From Fonticula alba ATCC 38817 (Eukaryota; Protista; Nucleariida), in NCBI GenBank assembly GCA_000388065.2, contig KB932203.1: a DNA stretch of 55,497 nucleotides; one strand, given 5' to 3'. A program made the position numbers and the translations under genes. The number at the start of each line of letters is the position of its first letter. Position 1 is the stretch's first letter. This document shows, one piece after another, positions 10,140 through 22,141 of this stretch. Under the pieces are notes generated by a model. It ran no database searches and was not told where the DNA came from. It worked only from the letters and a program-made list of their open reading frames with translations.

Positions 10140-12680
10140 TTGCTGATGATGACAGCATCGATGCAGACTCCGACGACGCTGAGCATGTCGATGATGAGGC
10201 GCTGAGTGCCGATGAGGCGGCCCTCGATGCTGGCCATTCGAGTGACGGCGAGGCTGTCGAGCGTGGAGAGGGCCGCGGCGCCGTGGGAGTCGCCGAATCA
10301 GATGCGGCCGCCGGGTCGCCGGGCAGCCCGTCGGCATCCGAGACGGCGGACCTCCCGTCGGCCACACCGTCGGTGGCCAGCACAGTTCCCCATCCAACTT
10401 CCGGGTCGGTGTCTCCCTCGTCCACGGTGTCGGATGTGAGCCTGCCCCTGGCACGGCCGAGCTTCTTTGCGACGTCGCTCCATGCGGGCAATGTACCGAG
10501 TCCGGTGGGGTCTGGGGCGGATGCCAACCACTCGCCCGGTCCGGCCGGGGCCCGGGGCAACACCGACAGCGAGGAGTACGATGATGATGATGATGATGAC
10601 GGCGATGGTCAGAGTGGTGACAGCGATGGCGATGCGCTGGTCATCAGCTTGCTGTCGGATGATGAGGTGATCGCCGCGTCAACTCGGGATGGCAGTCCGG
10701 CCAGCGACATGCAGGACGACTTCCTTTCGGCCGAGGAGGACTTCCTTTCGGCCGAGGACAACAGCAATGGCAGTGACGATTCGTTGGACGCTGCCGAGGA
10801 TCTGGGTGCCAGTGGCAGCGAGGTCTTTGACAGTGATGGCGATGAGTCTGTCGGCAGCAGCGAGTCCGGCAGCGAGGCAGTCAGCGACGGCAGCGAAGCA
10901 GTCAGCGACGGCAACGAAGCAGCCAGCGACGGCAACGAAGCAGCCAGCGACGATGGCGAGTCCGGCAGCGAGTCCGGCAGTGATGACAACGAGGCAGCCG
11001 ACAGCGACAGTGCCGGTAGCCACGACAGCGAGGCAGCCAGCGACATTGATGATGAGCCTGCCGGCCTGAGCTCCGTCATCGAGTCCGATGTCGATGATAT
11101 GGAGGATGTGCTGCTGGACACGCCAAGCGACGCACCCCCGGCTGACACCGCCGAAGCCATGGAGGGAGTCACTGTTTCTGGCGTCGCTGATGTGGCCGAG
11201 GCCATGGATGGCGTTGATGTCGATGATGGGGCCAATGCCGTGGCCCCTGCTGACTTGGCTGATTCGACGGGGCCTGCCCCTGTTTCCGAGGGTAATGGTT
11301 CCGTTGGGGATGCTCGGTCCGTCCAGACTACTCATGCAGCCGAAAGTGCCGTGACCGCCACCGAGGAGGCCGGGCCTGTTGCTGGGCCGCCGGAGGATGG
11401 CGAAATTCTCGATACCACTGGCCCGGGCCTTGTGACTGGCGACCGGCACCAAGACGGGCATGTGTCTCCCCCTGCAGCTGAGGTCACCGACAATAAGCCG
11501 GCGCCGGCGGTGGCGGCAGCGGCAGAGCCCGAAGCGGGTGCCCCTGCTGCGGATGCTGCGCCGATGGAAGTCATCACCCCGGCGCCTGAGACTGGCCAAC
11601 TCAGCTCGCCAGCCGCATTGCCGGCGTCATCCCTGCCGGTGGCGGCCACGGTGTCGCCCTTCGCCGGGCTCGGGGACTCGATTGTGCTGTCGATCGAGGC
11701 GACCACCGGCTCCGATGGCGCCACCTTCCCCCTGGGCCCGGAGATTGTGATCACCGCGCCCGTGTCCTTCCTCCCCCAGGCCTTTGCCAGGGATGAGGGG
11801 CCCCAGTCCGCGGGCACCGAGGACCATGCGAGCCAGTCTCATTCGGACGCCCCCGCGGTGGCCGGTGCGTTGTGCCTGATGGCCAGCCCTGACGTCGGCT
11901 CTCGCATGCTTTTGTTGCGCCTACTGACCATCAGATGGTCCTTCTTTTGCCTTGCCGTGCCTTGGACTGCCTTGCGTTGCTTTGCTTTCGTCCCTCTACC
12001 GCCCCCCCTCCCCCCTCCCCCTTCGCCTGCCCCGCCTGATGGCAGAGCCCTCGCGCAAGCGCAGCGCTTCGCCCCCTGCCGAACACGAGTCCGAGCCAGC
12101 GAGCAAGCGCCCCCGGCGACGCGATGCCAGCTCGCTGGCGGACATCCATCTGCCACAGCCATGGGCCGACCGGCGTCGAGACTCGCCCTTCGGGGCCATT
12201 CTCTCGAAGGCCGAGCAACAGACCCCCGGCGGCGGTGGCGGCGCTGCCAGCGGCGATGGTGTGGACAGTGCATCATCCACTTCGCCCGATGCGGCGGCTG
12301 TCATGCTGCAGGATCTGGCCTCGGCCCAGCTGCCGGATCTGCCGGTGCCGCTTTTCCAAACGGAGGAGGGCCTGCGTCTGGGCGATGGCACGCGTGCCCT
12401 GGTGGACCCGTTCCTGCTGGAGCTGAGCCGTTGGCATGCGGACGCCCAGGCCAAGTTCCAGCTGGTACACCGGCTGGCGCAGCGCTTTGCCGCGGAGAAG
12501 GATGCCCTGTCCGTGGAGTTCGGTGCGTGGCCGCCGACCAAGTGTGCCCTTCCTTCGGGGTTCTCCTTTGCCCCTCTCCCCCACCCTCCACGCTTGGCCT
12601 CGCCCTTGTATTTGCATTCGCATCTGCCCAACTTCCACCTTCTCTGTCTGACCCCCCCTCCCTGCCTGGGTGATTCTCTC

Positions 12681-12739
<59 letters not shown>

Positions 12740-14542
12740 CNNNNNNNNNNNNNNNNNNNNNNNNNNNNNNNNNNNNNNNNNNNNNNNNNNNNNNNNNNNN
12801 NNNNNNNNNNNNNNNNNNNNNNNNNNNNNNNNNNNNNNNNNNNNNNNNNNNNNNNNNNNNNNNNNNNNNNNNNNNNNNNNNNNNNNNNNNNNNNNNNNNN
12901 NNNNNNNNNNNNNNNNNNNNNNNNNNNNNNNNNNNNNNNNNNNNNNNNNNNNNNNNNNNNNNNNNNNNNNNNNNNNNNNNNNNNNNNNNNNNNNNNNNNN
13001 NNNNNNNNNNNNNNNNNNNNNNNNNNNNNNNNNNNNNNNNNNNNNNNNNNNNNNNNNNNNNNNNNNNNNNNNNNNNNNNNNNNNNNNNNNNNNNNNNNNN
13101 NNNNNNNNNNNNNNNNNNNNNNNNNNNNNNNNNNNNNNNNNNNNNNNNNNNNNNNNNNNNNNNNNNNNNNNNNNNNNNNNNNNNNNNNNNNNNNNNNNNN
13201 NNNNNNNNNNNNNNNNNNNNNNNNNNNNNNNNNNNNNNNNNNNNNNNNNNNNNNNNNNNNNNNNNNNNNNNNNNNNNNNNNNNNNNNNNNNNNNNNNNNN
13301 NNNNNNNNNNNNNNNNNNNNNNNNNNNNNNNNNNNNNNNNNNNNNNNNNNNNNNNNNNNNCCCCCCCCCCCATTGCGCCGCCGTCAACGTAGAGGAGCTG
13401 GAGTCTCTGCGAAGCGCGCAGTCGTCATCGGCCGCGGCCTTGGCCAGCACCCGGTCTGAGCTGGCGGAGCTAATGTCACAGCACCTGAAGTCCGAGGCGG
13501 AAACCTCGCGACTGCTGCATGAGTCGCGGCGTTCGGAGCGGCGCTGCGCCGCGGCTGAGCGCCAGGCGTCCTGGCTGTCGGAGGAGCTGGCCAAGCGCAC
13601 CGCCGAGTTCGATACCTATCGCCAGACGACCGTACGCCTCCCAACGCCTGGCATTCTTTTCTTCTTTCCCCCCCTCCCTTGGGTCCTTCTCCTTCTTCGC
13701 CTCCCATGTCTCTCTGCCTCCGTCTCTCTATCTTTCTCTCTCTCTCTCCCTCTCTCTCTCCCTCCCTCCCTCCCTTCCTCTCTCTCTCTCTCTCTCTCCA
13801 TTGCCTTGGCGAGCGCATGCACTGACTTTGTTCCGCATGCCCGGGTTTGCGCCCCGTTGTTGTTAGACCGAAAATGTCATCTCCTTGCAGACGCGACTGC
13901 GCGGCATGCAGGATAGCCTGGCTGCCAGCGAGGCCGCGCGCCGGCGTGCCGAGGCGCAAGACCAGTCCAACATGCTGCAGCTAGAGCAGGCCCGAGCTGA
14001 GATGCGCCAGGAGCGCCACCAGGGAGTCCTGAATGAGGAAAGCCTCCGGTCGGACCTGCTGGCTGCTCGGCAGGAGGTCGCCCGGCTGCGTGACTCCTAC
14101 GACGTCCTGCTGGGGGTCAACCAGGATCTCCAAGGGGCGGCGGCCAGTGCCGCAGCCGAGATCGATGATCTGCGCGAGCAAGTGGACCAGGGCGCGCGCG
14201 AGGTGCGTCTGGTTTTTCCCCCTGTCTCTTCTTCCACTGGTCACTTGTCCGACTCGCTACATTCCCCTCGGGCTCCCCCCCTCCTTCTCCCCCCCCTGGC
14301 ACTGACTCTGGCCTCTCCTGGGCTTCGGCACTCTATCTGAAAATATTCAGGCAACTTCCCGCGCGGCTCAGGCGGCCGAGCTCCAGCAGGCCCTCGACAC
14401 CACAGCCGGTGAGCTGGAGCGCCTCAATGCCTGGGTGCTCAAGCAGTCAGCGGCCAAGCACGGCCCGAGCGCCGGCCTGCCACACGGCCTCAATGTCTCC
14501 CGGCTGGTATGTGTCATTGCCTCTGGGGGGTCCTTGTGCCGT

Positions 14543-14613
<71 letters not shown>

Positions 14614-14990
14614 CTCCAATCTGACCTGACTCCTGTCTTCTTTCCCCCCACGCGCCTCCTCAGTACTCGGACTTCCTGCAAAGCCAGGAGCAGGTGAAGA
14701 CCCTGCAGAGCAAGTGCACCCATCTGGAATCGACGCTGGATAAGTTCCTGGCGGATCTGGAGCCGCGAGCCAAGGCCCTGCAAAGCGAGCGGGCGCACTA
14801 CGCCGCGCAGGCGGCCCACGCCACTGGCCTGGCCAAGCGGGTGGAGGACCTGACCGCCGAGTTGGCCGCCGTTCGGGACAACTTCCTCTCGGCCTCGGTC
14901 AATGTCGACCGCCTGGAGGCGGAGAAGCGCCAGTTGGGACAGCGTGCGTATCTCTGTCGGTTGTTTGTGTTTTCCCCCTTCTTTGTCTCT

Positions 14991-15025
<35 letters not shown>

Positions 15026-17127
15026 CCATCTCCCTCCCCCTTCTCCCCCCCTCTCTCCCCCCCTGTCCTCTCCCCCCCCCCCTGCCCTCTCCCTACTCTA
15101 TCGCTCCTCCCTTTGAGCATTGTGGCCCCCCTTTCCCTGTTCCCCTCCACTCGGTCGCCTCTTTGGCCTGTTGTCCTTCCTGCCCATGCTCACCCATGCT
15201 CACACCCTCCCTCCCTCGTTCCCCTTTTGGTGCGTGCAGAGGTGGCCGATCTCAGCCGCCAGGTGCAGTTCCTCCTGTCGGAGGAGCTTGATTCGCCGGC
15301 CATGGCGGCCGCCACCAACGGCGGCCTCAGCGCCGGGGACGTCATCGACCGGGAGTTTGTCACCTTCGCCACGATCAAGGAGCTGCAGACCAAGAATCTG
15401 AACCTGCTGACGGCCTTGCGGCAGCTGGGCGAGCGGAGTGAGCAGGCCGAGTTCCGGCCGACCCCGACGGCCGAGCTGGTGGAGGAGCGGGCGCGCCTGC
15501 TCCGGCAGCTGGCCCAGACCGAGGAGGACCTCGACCGGACCGGCCAGCAAGCGCGCGAGCTTGAGAGCACCCTGGCCGAAGCGGTCAGCAGCCTGGAGCG
15601 GTACCGGGATCAGCAGCAGACGCTGGAGGCCCGGCTGGCCGAGGCCGCCGACGCACGGGACGCCTTGCGCGTGCTGCTGACCCAAGCCGAGGCACAGGCC
15701 GCGCCAAACCTCCAAACCCGAGTGCAGCGTCTGGAGGGCGAGCTGCAGCATACGCGGGCCGCGCTGCAGGAGGCCGAGCGCCTGGCCAGCGTGGCGCATG
15801 CCCAGTCGGCCGAGCGCCTGGCTGCCCTGAACGACGAGTATCAGGAGTCGCGCGTGGCCGCGCGCACGGCCAAGGCCGAGTCCGCGGTGCTCAGTGGTGC
15901 GTGGCTTGTTGCTTGTTGTTGGCGGTGTTTCATTCGCCTCGCCCCGCTTCTCGTCTGGCCTTTTCGCGCACACATGCCTGCCGGTCATCATTGCCCTGTC
16001 GGTGGCGGCCGCTGCCAGCCATGTTCTCACCCGCCCCCGCCNNNNNNNNNNNNNNNNNNNNNNNNNNNNNNNNNNNNNNNNNNNNNNNNNNNNNNNNNNN
16101 NNNNNNNNNNNNNNNNNNNNNNCCGCCCCTGTACGATAGCCCGGATTGCGGCCCTCGAGGAGAGCCTGTCGGCGGAGAAGGTCTTCACGGCCGAGCTGCA
16201 GTCGCGCCTGACCACGCTGGCCAGCGATCTGGACCTGGCGCGAGCGGATCTTGGCCGCGCTCGGTCGGCGCACCTGGCCGAGGAGTTGCGCGCGCGGCAG
16301 CTTGGCCAGCAGCTGGCCGAGGCCAGCGCCGGGGTGGCCCGCCTGTCCGAGGTGGAGGCCCAGCTCCGAGACAAATTGGCGGCCGAGGAGCTGTCCCTGC
16401 AGCACACCCGGCAGAACCTGCTGTCGCAAGCGAACCAGGCGCGCGAGGCCGGCGAGCGGCATCGTGCCGAGATGCTGGCCTCGCTGGCGGCCGACCGGGC
16501 CACCCTCTATGCGTCCATCGGGGACCTGCGGACGTCGCTCGAGCGCGAGCGGACCTCCCTGTCCAACATGATGGCGGCTCGCGAGCGCGAGCTCGACCGG
16601 GCTCGCGGCCAGCTCCAAAAGTGGGGTCTCTCCGTGCGCGGGGTGGCCATTCGCGCGCGGAACATGGTGTCGCGTGCGCACCGCGAGCTGTCCGAGCAAA
16701 AGGTACCCCCCCCCCCCTGCACCCGTCTTTCGGCCCGCCTGTTGGTGGCTCTTCCACTTGCCTGGGGCGGCCTCGTCTCTGCCCTGCCACCCTCTCGCCG
16801 GTTCCAGCGCTGACCCTTGCCCCGCCCCTTCCTTTCCCTGCCTCCCAGTCGCTCGGCGTACGCACCATGCACGCGGCCGAGCAGCTCAAAAAGGTCATCG
16901 CCCAGCTGTTCCGCGAGCGGTCGGCCCTGATGGATGTCATCGGGCTGGCCCCTCCGGATGTGACCGGGGCGATCTCTTCGGCCGAGCAGCAGCAGGTGCC
17001 CCTGCCCATCACCGCTGCGCCTGCCACTGCGGCGGCTCCTCCCGCCAGTGGCGGCGCCCCGCGTGTCGCCCCCCCCGGCGCCCGGCCGATGGCCAGCCCC
17101 TCTGCCACGAGGCCGGCCCAAGGCTAG
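9317..17127 (+). CDS. TPR: TPR/Mlp1/Megator-like nuclear basket coiled-coil nucleoporin with an N-terminal acidic disordered region of about 850 aa. About 9 visible exons; one gap at 12741-13360
   Basis: Coiled-coil exons carry TPR/Mlp-type motifs: SWLSEELAKRTAEF, GLNVSRL|YSDFLQSQEQV...LDKFLADLEPRAKALQSERAHY, DLSRQVQFLL and DREFVTFATIKELQTKNLNLLTALRQL. The acidic exon 9317-11864 splices in phase 1 (GTGCGT at 11865, CAG at 12045) into EPSRKRSASPP. Joining of the acidic exon is inferred. Stop is TAG at 17125-17127. Confidence 0.75.
10874..10950 (+). repeat. Coding 21-nt tandem repeat (EAVSDGS/EAASDGN, about 4 copies) in the acidic region; DFLSAEE x2 lies nearby at about 10718-10760
   Basis: Seen in the sequence and its translation. 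Confidence 0.8.
12741..13360. other. Assembly gap (N), one of many. Others approx 4159-4274, 16042-16122, 33272-33841, 35826-36010, 41857-42146, 50445-50487, 51971-52612
   Basis: N runs, nearly all abutting poly-C/G or (CT)n tracts. Confidence 0.98.
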
Positions 17128-17569
17128 AGAGAGTGAGGAGGACGGGGGCGGTCCGACTCGTATCTCGCCCGCGCCCCCGCACTCTCATTCTCCAATTTTC
17201 CCCCATACCCCCCCCTGCCCTTGCTACATTTTTCATGCGTGTGCCAGCCGCGCACTTCTCCCCCCCCCCCCTCCCCCTCGGTGCGCGCGCTACCTCCGCC
17301 GCACGGACGACTCCGCTGGCAGTCTCCGCGATGTGGCCCGTGACCATAATAGAACCTAAACCACGCCAAGAAGGAATGTTATTCCGCACTTAGGGGCCGT
17401 AGTGGGCTGGGACAATCCACGAAGGCGTCTGTTCCCCCCATGGCTCCAGGCTGGCCAGTCCGACTTATGAGATCCTGGGGGCGGGGGGCGGACCGTGCGC
17501 TTGACACCTCGGCTCGGGAGGCGGCCGGGGGGGGGGGGGGGGGACCCGGCCCCCCCCCCCCGGCCCCCG

Positions 17570-17600
<31 letters not shown>

Positions 17601-17789
17601 GCTGGCGGCATCGCACCGGGCAGGACACCGGGGGTGGGGCGTGGCAGATCGGCGAGAAATGTTCGTGTGTCCGCCTCGGCGGCGCGCCCTCGTCCCGGCC
17701 GCACCCCATGGGGTAGGTGACGGCCAGGTGTGTACTCGCCGGATCTGGTTCCCGGGCTGAGTATCTCCCGGATACTGGTGCAGGGCGTA

Positions 17790-17790
<1 letters not shown>

Positions 17791-17826
<36 letters not shown>
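17791..17826. repeat. (CGG)12 trinucleotide repeat, intergenic
   Basis: Read directly from the sequence. Confidence 0.9.
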
Positions 17827-17829
<3 letters not shown>

Positions 17830-19486
17830 TGTCCGTGCTCGCTATGGCGGACCGGCAAAGGGGCCTGCGCGCGTAGCGGGGCGCATGCCGAAGGCCAGCC
17901 ATTGCGTCAGGCACCCGAGCAGGGCGCACGGCAAGGGGCCGACCGCGGCGCTTTCGTCCGGGAGCGGGGGGGGGGGGGGGGAGGGCGGTGCTCCGATCGT
18001 GGTACGCGCACGCAAGCACGCGCCATCACAGGGCGCCCGTGTCGGCCCTTTCCTTTCTCGGGCTGCAATCAGGGTGGTCAGAGGACGCCACCAGGCCAGG
18101 CACCGCCTCTAGAGTGTTCGCGACCGAGCGGGCGACATGGGGGAGGGGCGGCGTCTCCGCCCCCCCCCCCCTCCCCCCGTCCCTCCGGGCAGCCCCAGGG
18201 AATGCGGGCGTGCAGTGTGGCACGCACACACGCCCTCCCCCCTCGCCGCCCGGGGGGGTCCGAGCGCGGAGATCCCTGGCGAAGACGCGGCCGGCGCCTG
18301 AGCAGGGGGGAGCCTGCAGACAGACAGTCAGGCAGGCAGACAGGCAGGCAGGCGGGGGGGGTCAAGTGTGGCCACCGGCATCAGCGGGCGCACGGTCGCG
18401 CCCGCGCCCCCTCGCCGGCGGTCCAGCGAGGAGGGGCCCCGGGGTCACCGGGCGAGGCAGACGCTTGGCAGTTGGCGCCCGGCTGGCGGTGGCTGCGGAC
18501 GCGCCGGCCACACTGCCGGCACTAGTCCAACGGCATTTCAGCCGGCCCTGCCGCGGGATCGCCGTCCGCATCCACCGCGGCCCTGTTCGGCGGTGGTGGC
18601 GGCGCCCCCGCGCGTATGCGCACCCCCTCCCCCGCAGACATGAGCCGCGCGGGCCGGCTCCCAGAAAATCGCCCCCCTCCCCCGGGTGGGGGGACGCGGC
18701 ACTTCTCCGCCCTCCCCCCCCCCCCGCTGCCGGGGGCGGGTGCTGCGCGGGACCGGGCGGGTCAGCGGCCAGGCATGCGCGACTCGCATCCGGCGCCCGG
18801 GCCGGGGCGAGGAGCAGCCGCGCCAAGCGCTCGGGGCTGCGGTGGAGGCGGCGGCGGCGGCAGGGGGGGACTCGCGGGCCCGGGCGACGCAAAGGGACAC
18901 AGGGGAGATGTCTGTGGTGCCTGGCGCCGGGGGCTTTTGTGCCACAGTGCCGCCGCGGCACGCGGGTGCCCACGCGTTCTAGGAGTAGTGATGACGTCCA
19001 TCTTGCCAACTGGTAAACCCCCTCCCTCTCGCCCTCCCCCCCCTCCCCCCCCCTCCCCCCGTCCCACGCCCGCGCCTCCCTCCCTCTGCCTTCCCGCGCC
19101 TCGCGACACCCACGCTCGCGCTCTCCCTCGTCCCCCTTCCACCCTCCCTGTTCTTGCCTCAGACACCCCCTTCTCGAGCCTCGGCCCGTGAGCGTCTGCG
19201 ATCCCCTCCGCCGAACGCCGCCGCCCCCCCCCCTCCTCTTCGCCTGATTCCGCCCACTCCCGCCGCTCAGGACTGCCTCGGCCTCCCCTGCCCCATCCCG
19301 CATCTCCTCCCTCCCTCCCCGCTGGTGGGTATTCGTTCTTGCATCTCCCCCCCTCCCTCCCCCCCCCCCTCCCCACCATTGGCCGCTTACCCTCCTTCCC
19401 CCTCCCTCCCTCTCTCCTCACCCATACCCCTTCCTGTGTGCGGCGGATCGCGCAGAGTCCTACTCGTCGGGAAAAGAAAAAGAAAA

Positions 19487-19622
19487 ATGTCTACCCCCGT
19501 TTCATTCATTGAGATCCTCCAGAACACCCTCTCGACCGACATCAACCTCCGGACACAGGCGACCGAGTTCCTCACCAACGCCCAGAATGAGAACTTCGTG
19601 CGTGGCCCCCGCCCCGCCCTCG

Positions 19623-19702
<80 letters not shown>

Positions 19703-20166
19703 CCTCGGCCGCGCCTGTAGGCCGCCGTTTGCCGCGATCTCCTTGTGCGCTTCGTCATGCCGGCATTGCTCCTTCGTCGGGCCGCCTTCGAAGCGCTGGC
19801 CCCCTTCCTGGCCCGGCTGTCCTGGGCATTCCCCGCGCACATGGGTCTCCCCCCGTTCTTCGCTCGCCCGACCCCCCTCTCGCTAACGTGAACTCGCGTC
19901 CGCCCGCAGGCCGGTCTGCTCCGGGAGCTGATCGATGTCCTCTTCAACGAGGCCAACTCGGCGGATGTGCGCCGTGTGGCCGGCCTGTTCGCCAAGAACA
20001 GCCTGACCGCCACCGCGGACGACATCCGCACCGAGATCCTCAACAAGTGGCAGCAGGTCCCGGTGGAGAGCCGCAACGAGATCCTCTCCATCGCCCTGAA
20101 CGCCCTCGGCACCACCACCCCGCAGGTCGGCTCGGTTGTTGCCCAGGTACGCACGCGCGCGCTCCC

Positions 20167-20220
<54 letters not shown>

Positions 20221-22104
20221 CCTCCCCTCTCGCCCCGCGTCTCCCGTCCGCGGTTTTCCCCTGACTCGCTCGACCTTTCGGCCGCGCCCCCTCCTCGCAG
20301 CTGGTCGCCGCGATTGAGGACCTCCAGGCGCGCGTGTTCAACAGCGTCTGCCTCCTGCCGCAGATCCTCGGCCTGCTGGAAAGCCAGACCAACCTTACCA
20401 TGAGCATCCGGCTCAACTGCCTCGAGGCCATGTCCTTCATCTGTGAGCTGCTGGTGCGTCGCCCCCCTCCCCCCTCCCCCCCCCTCTGCTGGCAGCCACT
20501 GCTGCTGGCCCTTTCCCTTTTTCTTTCTTGTGTCCAAGTCTCTCGGTCTCCTTCCCCTCCTCCCGTGCGTGCTGTTTCTCACTCCCTCTCCCTGACCCCG
20601 CTCCGGCTTGCCCTGCCCGCGTAGAACCCCAACATGCTCTACGAGTTCTCCTCGCGCATCCTCAATGTCCTGTTCGGTGTCCTCAACTCTTCGGAGACGT
20701 GCGTGCTCTCCTTCCCTTCGCGCCCCGGCCTGCTGCTCCGGAGCCCCCCCCCCCCCCCCCCCCCCCCGCCGCTGACCTGCTCGTGTCATCCTCACCTGGC
20801 CCCTTTCCATGCCCCTATGCCTGGGCCGCGGTCCACAGCGACATGCGCAGCTACCAGAAGGCCATCTCCGCGCTGAACAATGTCCTGCGTATCTGCCGGA
20901 CCAACTTCGACAACCCGGCCGAGTGCGGCGCCATCATGGCCGTCATCCTCAAGGGTGTCACCTCGGCCGATCAGAACCTCCAGGTCCAGTCGCTGCAGTG
21001 CCTGATCAGCGTCGTGTCCATGTACTACAACGTCATGAACGAGTATATGGCCTCCATCCTGGATGTATGTCACCTCCCTTCCTTTTGCTGGCCACGGCCG
21101 CCGGACGCCCCCCCCCTTTTTTTCCCCCCCGCCACTGCTTGCCACTGACCTGCCCTCCCCTCCCCCTTGCGTCCCTCTCTGCCTCTCTCTCTCTCTCTCT
21201 CTCTCTCTCGCTCCCCTCCCCTCCCCTCCCCCCCCGACCTCCACCTACGCGCGTGCCAGTCCACCATCCACATCATGAAGGGCCAGGACGACGACGTCAT
21301 CCTCCAGAGCGTGGAGCTTTGGTCGACTCTGGCGGACGAGGAGATCCAGCTGCGCATGGAGCATGAGGAGGCGCGCGCCCTCGGCCAAGACCACCCCGGG
21401 ATGGTGGTGTACAACTTCGTGCAGGCCGCCCTCGGGAAGCTGATCCCGGCCCTGTATGACCTGCTCATGCGGCAGGACGAGGACGGCGACGAGCACGAGT
21501 GGAATGTCTCGCGCGCGGCGTCGGTCTGCCTGTCGCTGATCGCCCGGTGCGAGCCGAACGACTGCCTCCGGCTCCTGCTGCCGCAGATCCAGGCCGACAT
21601 CGTCAGCACCGACTGGCGTCGGCTGGACGCGGCGTTCAACGCCTTCGGCAACATCCTCGATGGCCCGGATGTCTCGCAGCTGGAGACCTATGTCATCAGT
21701 GCGCTGCCCATCCTGACCAACAGCATCAACCACCCGCACACCATTGTCCAGGACACCTCGTCCTGGGTGGTGGGCCACATCTGCGAGCTCTTCTACACGG
21801 AGATCGTCGCGCGCGGCCAGCTGGAGGCCATGCTCAGCTACCTGCAGGCCGGCATGCAGGCCCGCCCGCGCGTGGCCTCCAACTGTGCCTGGGCTCTGAT
21901 GAACCTGTGCGAGTACCTCGGTGACAACACCATCGTCCGCCAGAAGTCCCCGCCGGTGGACAATGCCACCGTCATGACTCCCTTCTTCCAGCCGCTGTCG
22001 GAGGCCCTGCTCCGGGCGTCCGACCGCCAGGATGGCGACCAGTCCAACCTTCGCGAGTACACCTACGAGGCGCTGTCCTACCTGATTCTCTTCATCCCGC
22101 CGGT

Positions 22105-22141
<37 letters not shown>

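Noticed and set aside
17379-17858. Protamine-like poly-Arg ORF on the minus strand
   Set aside because: It arises from the (CGG)12 repeat, starts at TTG and has no coding signature.
18972-19010. GTGATGA box-C-like motif (possible snoRNA)
   Set aside because: There is no suitably placed box D (CTGA) or terminal stem. It may be a TGACGT promoter motif instead.
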